In this document: piece by piece, positions 9,821-18,214 of the stretch
Layout: the number at the start of each line of letters is the position of its first letter
Position numbering within the stretch: the stretch's first letter is position 1
Assembly (NCBI GenBank): GCA_965223855.1
Contig: CBDCXM010000009.1
Span: 1,472,001-1,536,000, forward strand
From: Candidatus Multivoradales bacterium
GTDB taxonomy: Bacteria; Acidobacteriota; Thermoanaerobaculia; Multivoradales; JAHEKO01
Reading direction: 5' to 3'
Length of the DNA stretch: 64,000 nt
Notes under the pieces: model-generated
Told to the model about the DNA's origin: nothing
What the model saw: only the letters and a program-made list of their open reading frames with translations
Database searches by the model: none
Made by a program: the position numbers and the translations under genes

Positions 9821-11157
9821 CTCGAGCCCGCGAGTATGCCGGCCGGCCGTATCCGGTCGTCGGCGCCGTCGAGCGAGAGGAGGTGCGGCAGATGCCTGCC
9901 CACCAGCCAGACGATCCGTTGCCGGTCCAGTTCCCGGAAGAGCCGGCGATTCGCCGCCTGGAGCTTCGCGTAGCTTCCGGCGGCGACCGACTCGCCCCAG
10001 CCCGGGGCGATCTCGGTCTCGTCGCCGAGCCGCCAGACGAAGAGGGGAACGTGCAGGGACTCCAGGTAGCGGCGGGCCATCGACGGCTCGATCGAGCTGT
10101 CGTCGCGGTCCGAGCCCGAGAGCAGCAGCAGGACGCCGCGGCGGTGGTTCGAGGCCGCTACGGTGACGCCCGCGACGGCGACGGCGTCGGCCAGCCGCGA
10201 GGCACCGTCCCCTTCCGGCGGCAGGACGCCGAACAGCAGTTGGGGCATCGCCGCCTCTTCACCCAGGAATCTCTGGGAGTGCGGGAAGAGATCGAACGAG
10301 GCGCCCGACGGGCCGGTGCGCTCGGGAACCGGATAGAGGAACTCGATGCGCCGGTCGAGATCGGTCCGCACGGACGATTCCCTCAACTCCGGACGGACCG
10401 CGTTGGGTGCGGCGATCGCGGTCACCTCTCGTGGAGCACGCCGGTAGATCTCGGCGAGCGCTTCCCTGGCTCCCATGTCCGGGACGACGACGAGATCGAG
10501 GGGGCCGCGATCGACCGCCGCGACCTCGAGAGCCCGGCCGCCAACCGTGATCCGGCCGGCGAGCTCGTCTGCGGTGGGGGACTTGCGCCTCGATTCGACC
10601 GTCACCGGCAGGGCCGTCATTTCGCTCTCGACCTTGTCGGCGAAGGAGCCTCCGAACACCAGTTCCGCCGTCGAGACCAACCCCTCGCCGAACACGACCT
10701 CGGCGCGGAGGAAGTGGAGCTGCTCGAGCTCGAGGGGCGGCAGGGCGATGGTCGAGACATCTTCGACCGCCAGCGGCAGGCCGTCGAGTGCCACCGCGAT
10801 CGACTGCGGTTCGCGCCCGGCGACCACGGCCCAGTCCAGGCGGACCGCCGTCGGCACTCCGTCGCCGTCTTCGATCAGGGACAGACTGAGCTCCGTCGGC
10901 TCGCGGGGCAGGTTGATCCACTGGCGGATCCGGCCGACCTCTCCTCCGAGGCCGTCCCGGGCGATGGCCATCAACTCGTGCGGCAGCAGCTCGGAACCGA
11001 AGTCGCAGACTGCCCGCCAGGGAGGTTCCATGACGAGGCCGAACCTCTCGCCGTCGAGCAGGAACTCGACCTCGGCGACCTCGCCGCCGACGGCGACCTC
11101 CACCGGATGCGCACCGAGGGTGAGGCCGAGAAAGAGGCTGGCGAAACTCAGAGACAC
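9817..11157 (-). CDS. Hypothetical exported protein (Ig-like N-terminus, degenerate VWA-like C-terminus)
   Basis: Long ORF with normal amino acid composition; stop overlaps start of 8504..9820 (ATGA), so likely co-transcribed. Confidence 0.6.
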   Translation of the reverse strand: MSLSFASLFLGLTLGAHPVEVAVGGEVAEVEFLLDGERFGLVMEPPWRAVCDFGSELLPHELMAIARDGLGGEVGRIRQWINLPREPTELSLSLIEDGDGVPTAVRLDWAVVAGREPQSIAVALDGLPLAVEDVSTIALPPLELEQLHFLRAEVVFGEGLVSTAELVFGGSFADKVESEMTALPVTVESRRKSPTADELAGRITVGGRALEVAAVDRGPLDLVVVPDMGAREALAEIYRRAPREVTAIAAPNAVRPELRESSVRTDLDRRIEFLYPVPERTGPSGASFDLFPHSQRFLGEEAAMPQLLFGVLPPEGDGASRLADAVAVAGVTVAASNHRRGVLLLLSGSDRDDSSIEPSMARRYLESLHVPLFVWRLGDETEIAPGWGESVAAGSYAKLQAANRRLFRELDRQRIVWLVGRHLPHLLSLDGADDRIRPAGILAGSR

Positions 11158-11203
11158 TCCGGATCTCCCATGGCGAAGCTCAGCTCGGGTCCTCGGCCGC
11201 CGC

Positions 11204-12235
11204 CTAGGGGACGGTGTTGGACCAGGATGTGGTGTCGCCGCTCTCGAAGCCGTCCTCGAAGACGAGGTTGCTGGCGTTCAGGATCTCACTCCTGATTTCT
11301 CCGTTGGGGAAGGCCGCAGAGTGAATGTTGACGTAGAGCTCACCGCCGAAGAGGTCGTCGATCAGGTCCGTGAGATCGACCGCCGGCACGAAGATCGGAC
11401 TCGTCGGGTCACCGAGGTCCCTCACGATCGGCCCGTTCATCCCCGGTGCCCCTCTGTGGATGTGTGCCCCCGTCGGATTGGCCACGTCGTGATCGATCTC
11501 GACCCAGAAGATGAGACCGCCGGGCACGTTCGGCCCGAGCCGAACCGTGCCGTGCGCCGCAGTATTCACCGGCGGCACCTCCTGACTGCCGTCCGCCATG
11601 CCGCCGTGGGGGGAGACCTGAAGCCCGGTTCGCAGAGCTCTCAGCGCCGGCGCGCCGTTGCGGCAGTCCTCGTCCGGATTGTCCGGTGGATCGCCCTTCC
11701 AGCACGGGTTGATGGCCGTGCCCGCGCTCTCGTCGGTGCCGAGGAACTGCCCCGGGGTCTGACTCCCGTCGAGGATCGTGCAGGCCGATGTGATCTGGAC
11801 GGCGTCCAGGCCGACCGAGAAGCGCCCCGAAGCCTGCAGGACCGTCGTCACCCATCTGCGGGAGGCTGGGAAGTTCGGGACGTTCTGGACGACGTCCTGC
11901 GTCGGGCCGGCCACGATCGCGTTCGGCTTCATCGGCCCGGCACCGATGAGCGCTCGACGAACCTGGGCGGTGATCGGCATCGTCGAAGCGCCGGTCGTCT
12001 CGGTCGCCTCGATCTGCACGGCGTTGATGAAGTAGTTGCCGCCGTCGAGACAGACCGGCGGCACGACGATCTCCGAGCAGTACTCGACGACGGAGCCGGG
12101 CTGCGCACCCAGACCGTTCTCGTTTGTGCCGTCGAACGGCATGAGGGTGCATGGATCCTGAGCCGCCGCGGGACCGGCCAGGGTGGCCAGCAGCGCAAGG
12201 GTCGGCGACCAGTGGATGCGGGAGTCGTGCGTCAT
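11204..12235 (-). CDS. Secreted CHRD-domain protein with C-terminal DGFESG tail
   Basis: Signal peptide (AAA-Q); CHRD motifs GSQEVPP, AHIHRG, GELYVNIHS..FPNGEIR; ends VFEDGFESGDTTSWSNTVP. Confidence 0.85.
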   Translation of the reverse strand: MTHDSRIHWSPTLALLATLAGPAAAQDPCTLMPFDGTNENGLGAQPGSVVEYCSEIVVPPVCLDGGNYFINAVQIEATETTGASTMPITAQVRRALIGAGPMKPNAIVAGPTQDVVQNVPNFPASRRWVTTVLQASGRFSVGLDAVQITSACTILDGSQTPGQFLGTDESAGTAINPCWKGDPPDNPDEDCRNGAPALRALRTGLQVSPHGGMADGSQEVPPVNTAAHGTVRLGPNVPGGLIFWVEIDHDVANPTGAHIHRGAPGMNGPIVRDLGDPTSPIFVPAVDLTDLIDDLFGGELYVNIHSAAFPNGEIRSEILNASNLVFEDGFESGDTTSWSNTVP

Positions 12236-12388
12236 GGGACTCGCTCCTGATGGGCTTCTTTGGGATCGAGCCCTGATCGTACCAAGTGCTCGATGGACTG
12301 GCGGTGCCTCGGTGGGCGCAGCCCGTTGCAGGGGAGTGCGGGCAGGCACTCCAACGCCGCTCATCCACCGGCTGCGGAGGCCCGTGGG

Positions 12389-14404
12389 TCAGCTCTGGCC
12401 GTCGTCGACCATCGGCTCGAGTCCCACGCGATCGCCTCCAGTGCGCAGGCTCACCACGAGCCATCGCTCGTCGGCCTCGCCGGCGCGGAAGGGCACTGCG
12501 GCCGAGCCGACGATCTCGAGACCATGGCCCTCGACCCATGCTTCGGCACCCCTGCGGCCGCCGGTGAAGGCCTCGGCATGGAGGACGAGGGTGCCAAAGC
12601 CGCGCGCCCGGAGTTCGGCCGGCTTCGCCGTCGTCTCGATCAGCACCACCTTGCGGCTGCCGTAGGGGCGCCACAGTGAAGCGCGGGCCTCTCGCGCAAC
12701 TCCCATGACAGCGACTTCGCGCTCCGCAGGGTCGAGGAAGGCTCGCACCGGCGCCAGCGCATCGCGACGGCTGCGGTGTGCCTGGTAGACGCGGCGGGCG
12801 CGTTCGACCGCAGGCGATGTCGGCAGGCGATCGAGGACCGGCTCGACCGGCAGCAGCGGTCGCGCCGGGTGGACGAAAAGCACGGGCAGAATGGACAGAG
12901 CGCACAGCGCGGCCGCGGCCCGCCACCAGCGGGCGCGAATCAGGCGCCGATGGCCGGCCGGCAGTAGCAGGAAGGCGACTCCCAGCGGGTAGTAGGGAGC
13001 CAGCAGGCGGGCGGTCGCCTCGCTGCCCATACGTGTCATGTAGACGAGGAGAGCGACGGCGCCACCGGCAAGGATCGCCGCCGTGTGGCTTCGGGACGGC
13101 CTCGGCGCGGGAGAGCTCCCTCGAAAAGGAAGCTGGGAGCGTGGAAGTGGCGGTGCGGAGGCTCTTTCCCGGAACCACACGCCCGAGATCGCCGAGACCA
13201 CCAGCAGTGCCGCCAGTGGCAGCCCCAGTCCGCGATCGCCGGCGCCGGGGAGCTCGGCGACTCGCAGGCTGAACCGGGGGAATTTGCGATCGAGCCAGCT
13301 CACAACCGATGAGGGCAGGGCCTTCTCTACGACCCGGTTCCAGCTCGTCGCCCCGGGAAGCACCGTAGGCGAGAAGTTGGCGTTCGCCAGTTGGAGAGAG
13401 TTGCCGATCACGCCCGCGAGCGGGCTCTCGAGCTGCAGTTCCTTCGCGTTGCCCGGGTCGCCGGAGTAGTGGCCGGTCTCGGCGTGGTTGATCGCCGCAT
13501 TCGGAGCGGCCGAGCAGAGAAGACCGAGAACGAGGCCGACCGCCGTGGCGGGCAACCCGCGCCGCAGAGGGTTCAGGGCCGGCAGCAGCGCGATCGCCAG
13601 TGGCAGCAACAGGGGTACGTTGGAAAGCTTGAAGGAGGTCGCCAAGGCTGCCGCCAGAATCGCGAGCACCACGAAGGCGGGCTGGTGCGTCCGGCGGGCG
13701 CGGAGGGCGAAGACCAGAGACGCGAGCAGGAAGGTCGCGGCGACGGCGTCGTTGCCGACGTCGGCGGCCTGCATCGCGTAGACGACGCCGGTCGGCAGCA
13801 GCCACATCCACGACCAGGCGACCCTGGGACTCACGCCGAGCAGTGTGAAGGCCTGGAAGACGAGGCCGGGCAGCAGGAGGAAGCCGATGAAGTTGAAGAG
13901 GAAGAACAGGCGGTCGGTGCCGAACAGCACGAAGGGCACCGCCAGCATCCACTCGAGGCCGCTGGCGGCGATGTTGATGAGCGGCTCGCGCGCGCCCTCG
14001 ATCCACTGCCACTCTCCCTCCCATGCCCAGTGGAAGAGGCGTGGCAGGCGGTAGGTCAGGGCGTCCGCCTGGGAGGTGGTGTAGAGACTGCCTGCGAGAA
14101 AGGTTGTCGCTGCCACCAGGAAGTAGGCTCGAGGCAGCCAGCGTCGAGACCGCCGGCGCGCTCGCTGCAGACCTCTCCGGCACCGATGCAGGACGCTCCC
14201 GGGTCGCGGCCGACCGACGAACCAGAACCCTGCCGCGAGCAGGGGAAGGGTGGTCAGATAGCCGGTGACCGTCAGCGCCCCGGCCGCGGAAAGGAGCCAG
14301 CCGGCCGTCTGACACCAGGCGGCGAGAACGACCCAGCACGCGGCTTCGGCCCCGGGAAAGCACTGGGGGCGTGCGGCAGCAGCGGTTGGGACCTCGTGAG
14401 CGAT
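12389..14404 (-). CDS. Polytopic membrane protein, probable GT-C fold glycosyltransferase
   Basis: Many TM helices; DALTYRLPR loop, ND and K motifs. Frame stays open 96 codons upstream of the called GTG (14116) with more TM helices, up to ATC at 14404. Confidence 0.65.
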   Translation of the reverse strand: MAHEVPTAAAARPQCFPGAEAACWVVLAAWCQTAGWLLSAAGALTVTGYLTTLPLLAAGFWFVGRPRPGSVLHRCRRGLQRARRRSRRWLPRAYFLVAATTFLAGSLYTTSQADALTYRLPRLFHWAWEGEWQWIEGAREPLINIAASGLEWMLAVPFVLFGTDRLFFLFNFIGFLLLPGLVFQAFTLLGVSPRVAWSWMWLLPTGVVYAMQAADVGNDAVAATFLLASLVFALRARRTHQPAFVVLAILAAALATSFKLSNVPLLLPLAIALLPALNPLRRGLPATAVGLVLGLLCSAAPNAAINHAETGHYSGDPGNAKELQLESPLAGVIGNSLQLANANFSPTVLPGATSWNRVVEKALPSSVVSWLDRKFPRFSLRVAELPGAGDRGLGLPLAALLVVSAISGVWFRERASAPPLPRSQLPFRGSSPAPRPSRSHTAAILAGGAVALLVYMTRMGSEATARLLAPYYPLGVAFLLLPAGHRRLIRARWWRAAAALCALSILPVLFVHPARPLLPVEPVLDRLPTSPAVERARRVYQAHRSRRDALAPVRAFLDPAEREVAVMGVAREARASLWRPYGSRKVVLIETTAKPAELRARGFGTLVLHAEAFTGGRRGAEAWVEGHGLEIVGSAAVPFRAGEADERWLVVSLRTGGDRVGLEPMVDDGQS

Positions 14405-14506
14405 GGAGCGAGTCTAGCCCGCCTACTTCGGGGGTCGTGCCGGCTTCAGTCGGCCCGGTGCAACCGAAACGCATGCGCGAGCGGACTGAAGTTGTAGGAG
14501 GTCCTG

Positions 14507-14899
14507 ATGCACAGATTCGCTCTCGCTACTCTCGTGTTCGTCTCTGCCCTTGCCGCGCTACCGGTCGAAGGTCAGGAGCCGTCCCCGCCGTCGACGGAAG
14601 CTCTCGCCGGCACCTGGACGGTCGACCTGCGCCCCACCCCGGACTCCGAGCCCTACTTTCAGGAGTTCACGCTCGAGTGGGGCGACGAGGGTCCGGTCGG
14701 CACGTTCTACGGCACGTCGATCGAGGAGGTCCGCACCAACACCGCGTGGGGGGTGATCTGGATCGCCTTCGTCACCCGCGACGGATCGGGGGCGTACCAC
14801 ACGACGGCGAAGCTCGTTGGCGATCGCCTGGAGGGGACGACCCACTCCCTCGGCCGCGGCTTCCTGTCGCCCTGGACGGCTGTTCGTTCGATCCCCTGA
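14507..14899 (+). CDS. Small secreted beta-barrel-like hypothetical protein
   Basis: AGGAGG SD; signal peptide; LAGTW motif. Confidence 0.75.
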   Translation: MHRFALATLVFVSALAALPVEGQEPSPPSTEALAGTWTVDLRPTPDSEPYFQEFTLEWGDEGPVGTFYGTSIEEVRTNTAWGVIWIAFVTRDGSGAYHTTAKLVGDRLEGTTHSLGRGFLSPWTAVRSIP

Positions 14900-14968
14900 G
14901 TGGAGATCTCTCCGCCTGATCGAACGCGGTCGATGGATCTCAGCTTCAGCGGTGGGCCGACGACTCTC

Positions 14969-16741
14969 TCAGGGGGGGCGCGCCACCCGGAATCCGTTGC
15001 CGTCGAACCGCTCGCTCGGGTCCATCCCGAAGCGGTACGGCGTGCCGGAGCCGCGTGGTGCGTTGCCCCAGCCGCCACCTCGCAGAGTGCGTCTCCCGCC
15101 TTCGTCGATGACGGGATCGACGGCGCCCCCGGGATAGCGGGCGTAGGCGTCTTCGAGGAAGGAGTCTCGGCACCATTCCCAGGCGTTGCCGAAGAGGTCG
15201 TGGAAGCCCCAGGCGTTGGGCCGGAACGAACCCACCGGCGAGCTGACGACGAAGCCGTCGTCCCATGAGAAGGCGTCCCAGTCCATCGCCGGCACGGTCG
15301 CCTTCGCCGCCTCGTTGAAGCCGTTGCCCCACCCCCGTCCGGCGTCGGGATCCTCCCCCCATGGATAGCGGGTCTTCGTCCCGGCGCGGGCCGCGTACTC
15401 CCACTCCGCCTCGGTCGGCAGACGAAAGCCGAAGTGGCTGGCGAAGGCGGCAGCGTCCTCCCAGGAGACGTCGACCGCGGGCATGGTCTCCGCGTCCAAA
15501 GTCAGATCTTCGGCGCGGTAGAAGGTCCCGCTCGCATGGTCGGGGCGGAAGCGGCGCATCTGCTCGTTGGTGACTTCATACCGGCCGAGATAGAACGCCC
15601 GGGTCAACTGAACGCGATGCCGGGGACGTTCGTTGGCGCGGTCGAAATGGTCTCCGGCGCCGGCCCCCCGCGCATAGTCTCCCGGTGCCACGAGCAGCAA
15701 TTCGACACCCGAGGTGGCGTGTTCGATCCGCCACGGCAGGCCGGTGGCGAGGAGCGCCCGGCGTTCAGACTCGGAGGCGATCACACCGGGGTCGGGCTCC
15801 CATTCGAGCACGTGTGCCCAGTCGGGCGCCTCGAGTCGGGCGGTCAGATACTTGCCGCGAACGAGCGTTCGTTCCTCTCCGTCTTCGAGCGACACGCTGA
15901 CGATCGCCGGCATGCGCGGCGCCTGCTCCGCGAAATCTGTGCGGGTGAAAGTGACCGCTCTGTCGTCCGGCGAGACGTGAGGGTCGAGCACGGCGTAGCC
16001 GTTGCCCGCGGCCAACGTCCGCTCCCCGCCGGTGGCGAGATCGTGGAGCACGAGCGAGAACACACCCTCGGTGACCCGGACGAACACGAGCCGGCTGCCG
16101 TCGCTCGACCAGTCCGGGTGGAACTCGTCGGACTCCGGAGTGCGGGTGACCTGCGTCCGCTCGCCGCTGATCGGGTGGATCGTCCAGATGTCTCCCGCCT
16201 CGTCGTCGCCCGACCGCCCGACGAAGGCGACCTCGCTGCCGTCCGGCGACCAGCGCGGGCTCGTTTCCTGAAAGCCGGTGGTCGAGGTCAGCGGCTCGAT
16301 GGCGCCTGACTCGGGGTCCATCAGCATCAGGTCGCGGGCGTCCGGCCGGTCGACGTGGAAGACGAGACGACTGCCGTCTGGCGAGTAATCAGGATCGCCG
16401 CCCGCCATCTCCCGGCTCGACAGTGCCTGCAGATCGGTCCCGTCTGCCGCGACTCGCATCAGTAGCGGACTGCCGTCGATGTTGGCGGTGAAAACGAGGT
16501 GCGAGCCGTCCGGAGACCACTCCGGGCGATAGTCGCGATGACGTCGAACCACCAGCGGACGTGAGTTCGATCCGTCAGGGTCGGCGAGATAGATGTGCTC
16601 GGGACCGCCGATGAAGCTGAAGGCGATGCGGGTTCCGTCCGGGGACCACGCGGCAGCGTCGGTCGAGCCGGCGACGAACCAGCCGGATACCGCCAGAAGA
16701 CTGGTGGCCGTGAGGAGGTTCCAGCGGGCAGGGGTGCGCAT
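14969..16741 (-). CDS. TolB-like beta-propeller (PD40 repeats) fused to a formylglycine-generating enzyme (SUMF1/FGE-sulfatase) domain
   Basis: Repeated P.WSPDG; RLPTEAEWEYAAR, PNAWGFHDLFGNAWEW, RGGGW, GFRVAR. Confidence 0.9.
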   Translation of the reverse strand: MRTPARWNLLTATSLLAVSGWFVAGSTDAAAWSPDGTRIAFSFIGGPEHIYLADPDGSNSRPLVVRRHRDYRPEWSPDGSHLVFTANIDGSPLLMRVAADGTDLQALSSREMAGGDPDYSPDGSRLVFHVDRPDARDLMLMDPESGAIEPLTSTTGFQETSPRWSPDGSEVAFVGRSGDDEAGDIWTIHPISGERTQVTRTPESDEFHPDWSSDGSRLVFVRVTEGVFSLVLHDLATGGERTLAAGNGYAVLDPHVSPDDRAVTFTRTDFAEQAPRMPAIVSVSLEDGEERTLVRGKYLTARLEAPDWAHVLEWEPDPGVIASESERRALLATGLPWRIEHATSGVELLLVAPGDYARGAGAGDHFDRANERPRHRVQLTRAFYLGRYEVTNEQMRRFRPDHASGTFYRAEDLTLDAETMPAVDVSWEDAAAFASHFGFRLPTEAEWEYAARAGTKTRYPWGEDPDAGRGWGNGFNEAAKATVPAMDWDAFSWDDGFVVSSPVGSFRPNAWGFHDLFGNAWEWCRDSFLEDAYARYPGGAVDPVIDEGGRRTLRGGGWGNAPRGSGTPYRFGMDPSERFDGNGFRVARPP

Positions 16742-16907
16742 CCGTGGAGTCTAGGTGGAGTGCTCGGCTCGGTCGGACCTTGCGCAGCGAGAGTGCCCGA
16801 GGATGCAGGGAGCTGCAGACCCGGGCCGGGTCGGGACCACGCAGGAGGGCGCCTCCCGGTGGTCGGGGCGGCTACAATCGAGCGACTGATCCCCTGGAGG
16901 AAGAACG

Positions 16908-18155
16908 ATGGAGTGCACCCTGTCGATCCGGCCGGCTCGTGCCGTGGCCGTGGTTCTGATCGTCCTGACGAGCTCCGGCTGCGCCATCTGTAGCCGGCCT
17001 CCGTCCTCGCCCGTATCGCCGGCAGCCGACGAAGCGGTCGCGTCGCCTGAGCGGTCGGACTGCCGGTTCCTCTTCGACGCCGGCAGCAGCGGCAGCCGGC
17101 TCTACCTCTACGAGCACACGGATGCCGGCTGGGTGGAGCATCGCGGCAACGGCGATCTTCCCGCGCTGGCCGATCCGGTGCGCGAGATCCGGGGCATGAC
17201 GTGGGACGACATCGATCGCGTGGTCGCCGAGATCGTCGGCGCGCTCCCGGCGATGGTCGAAGACGGGCCGCTCGACGACGGCGAGCCGGCCTGGACGGGC
17301 TTCGACTGGCGGACGCACTGCAACGTGCTTTCGGCGGGCATCTACGCCACCGCGGGTATGCGGATCGCCGAGCAGACGCACCGTGCCCGAGCGGCCGAGT
17401 TGTGGCCGCTGCTCGAGCGCGGACTGGCGGCGACGCTCGGGGACGGGGTCGCGGTGAGCGCGCGGACTCTGAGCGGCTTCGAGGAGGGGCTCTTCACTTG
17501 GCTCGCGCTCCGGGAGACGGCGGGCTCGAACGACTTCGGGATCGCCGAGATGGGTGGCGCCTCGACCCAGGTCGCCTACCCGTGCCCCCAGTGCGCCGAG
17601 GACGCCGAGGACGTCCGCACCGTGATCGTCGATGGCGAGCCGCTGCGATTGTTCAGCTACTCGTTCCTGGGGCTCGGCGTCGACGAGGCTTCGAAGAGCC
17701 TCGGCTTCCCGATGTCGTGCCGCTACGGGATCGGTGAGCTCAACCCGGGGTGGCAGGAGGAGCATTGCGCCTCGCGAATCGACTTCAGCGGCGCGAGCGG
17801 CGGCATCTACGACCCCTACAACTTCGGCGACGGCAGATACGGCATCGACACCGACCTTCCGACCGCCGACGCGACGGTGTCGAAGTGGTACCTCAACGAC
17901 GTCTTCTCCTACATGAGCGCCGACGACCTCGACCGCTGCTGCCGCACCAGCGGCGAGTGCTACCAGGCGGAGACCGCCTGCTTCCGGGCGGTCTACCTGC
18001 GCAAGTACCTCGCGGCGCTCGGCCTCGAGGACGGCACGCCGACCCGGGAGCGGTGGACGAAGGGCGCCAACCTCTGTCTGGCGGAGGACTGTCTCTCGGC
18101 GGCGAAACCGGCTCCGATCTGCCGTTGGGCGGAGGAGGGGTGCCTGGGAGAGTAG
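16908..18155 (+). CDS. GDA1/CD39 family nucleoside triphosphate diphosphohydrolase (apyrase), probable lipoprotein
   Basis: Apyrase conserved regions: DAGSSGSR, YATAGMR, EEG, EMGGASTQV, WTKG; SSGC lipobox-like; GGAGG SD. Confidence 0.85.
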   Translation: MECTLSIRPARAVAVVLIVLTSSGCAICSRPPSSPVSPAADEAVASPERSDCRFLFDAGSSGSRLYLYEHTDAGWVEHRGNGDLPALADPVREIRGMTWDDIDRVVAEIVGALPAMVEDGPLDDGEPAWTGFDWRTHCNVLSAGIYATAGMRIAEQTHRARAAELWPLLERGLAATLGDGVAVSARTLSGFEEGLFTWLALRETAGSNDFGIAEMGGASTQVAYPCPQCAEDAEDVRTVIVDGEPLRLFSYSFLGLGVDEASKSLGFPMSCRYGIGELNPGWQEEHCASRIDFSGASGGIYDPYNFGDGRYGIDTDLPTADATVSKWYLNDVFSYMSADDLDRCCRTSGECYQAETACFRAVYLRKYLAALGLEDGTPTRERWTKGANLCLAEDCLSAAKPAPICRWAEEGCLGE

Positions 18156-18214
18156 GCCGTTCCTGGCCCGCACGGCGCGGAGAATCCGTTGCATTGGAGG
18201 AAGGGAGACAAAGA

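Noticed and set aside
11409-14474. 1021-aa ORF and many other long Arg/Pro/Gly-rich ORFs (e.g. 9403..11295, 26952..28982, 36571..38820, 41729..43618)
   Set aside because: Shadow or antisense frames typical of high-GC DNA; they overlap genes with clear motifs and have no recognisable domains
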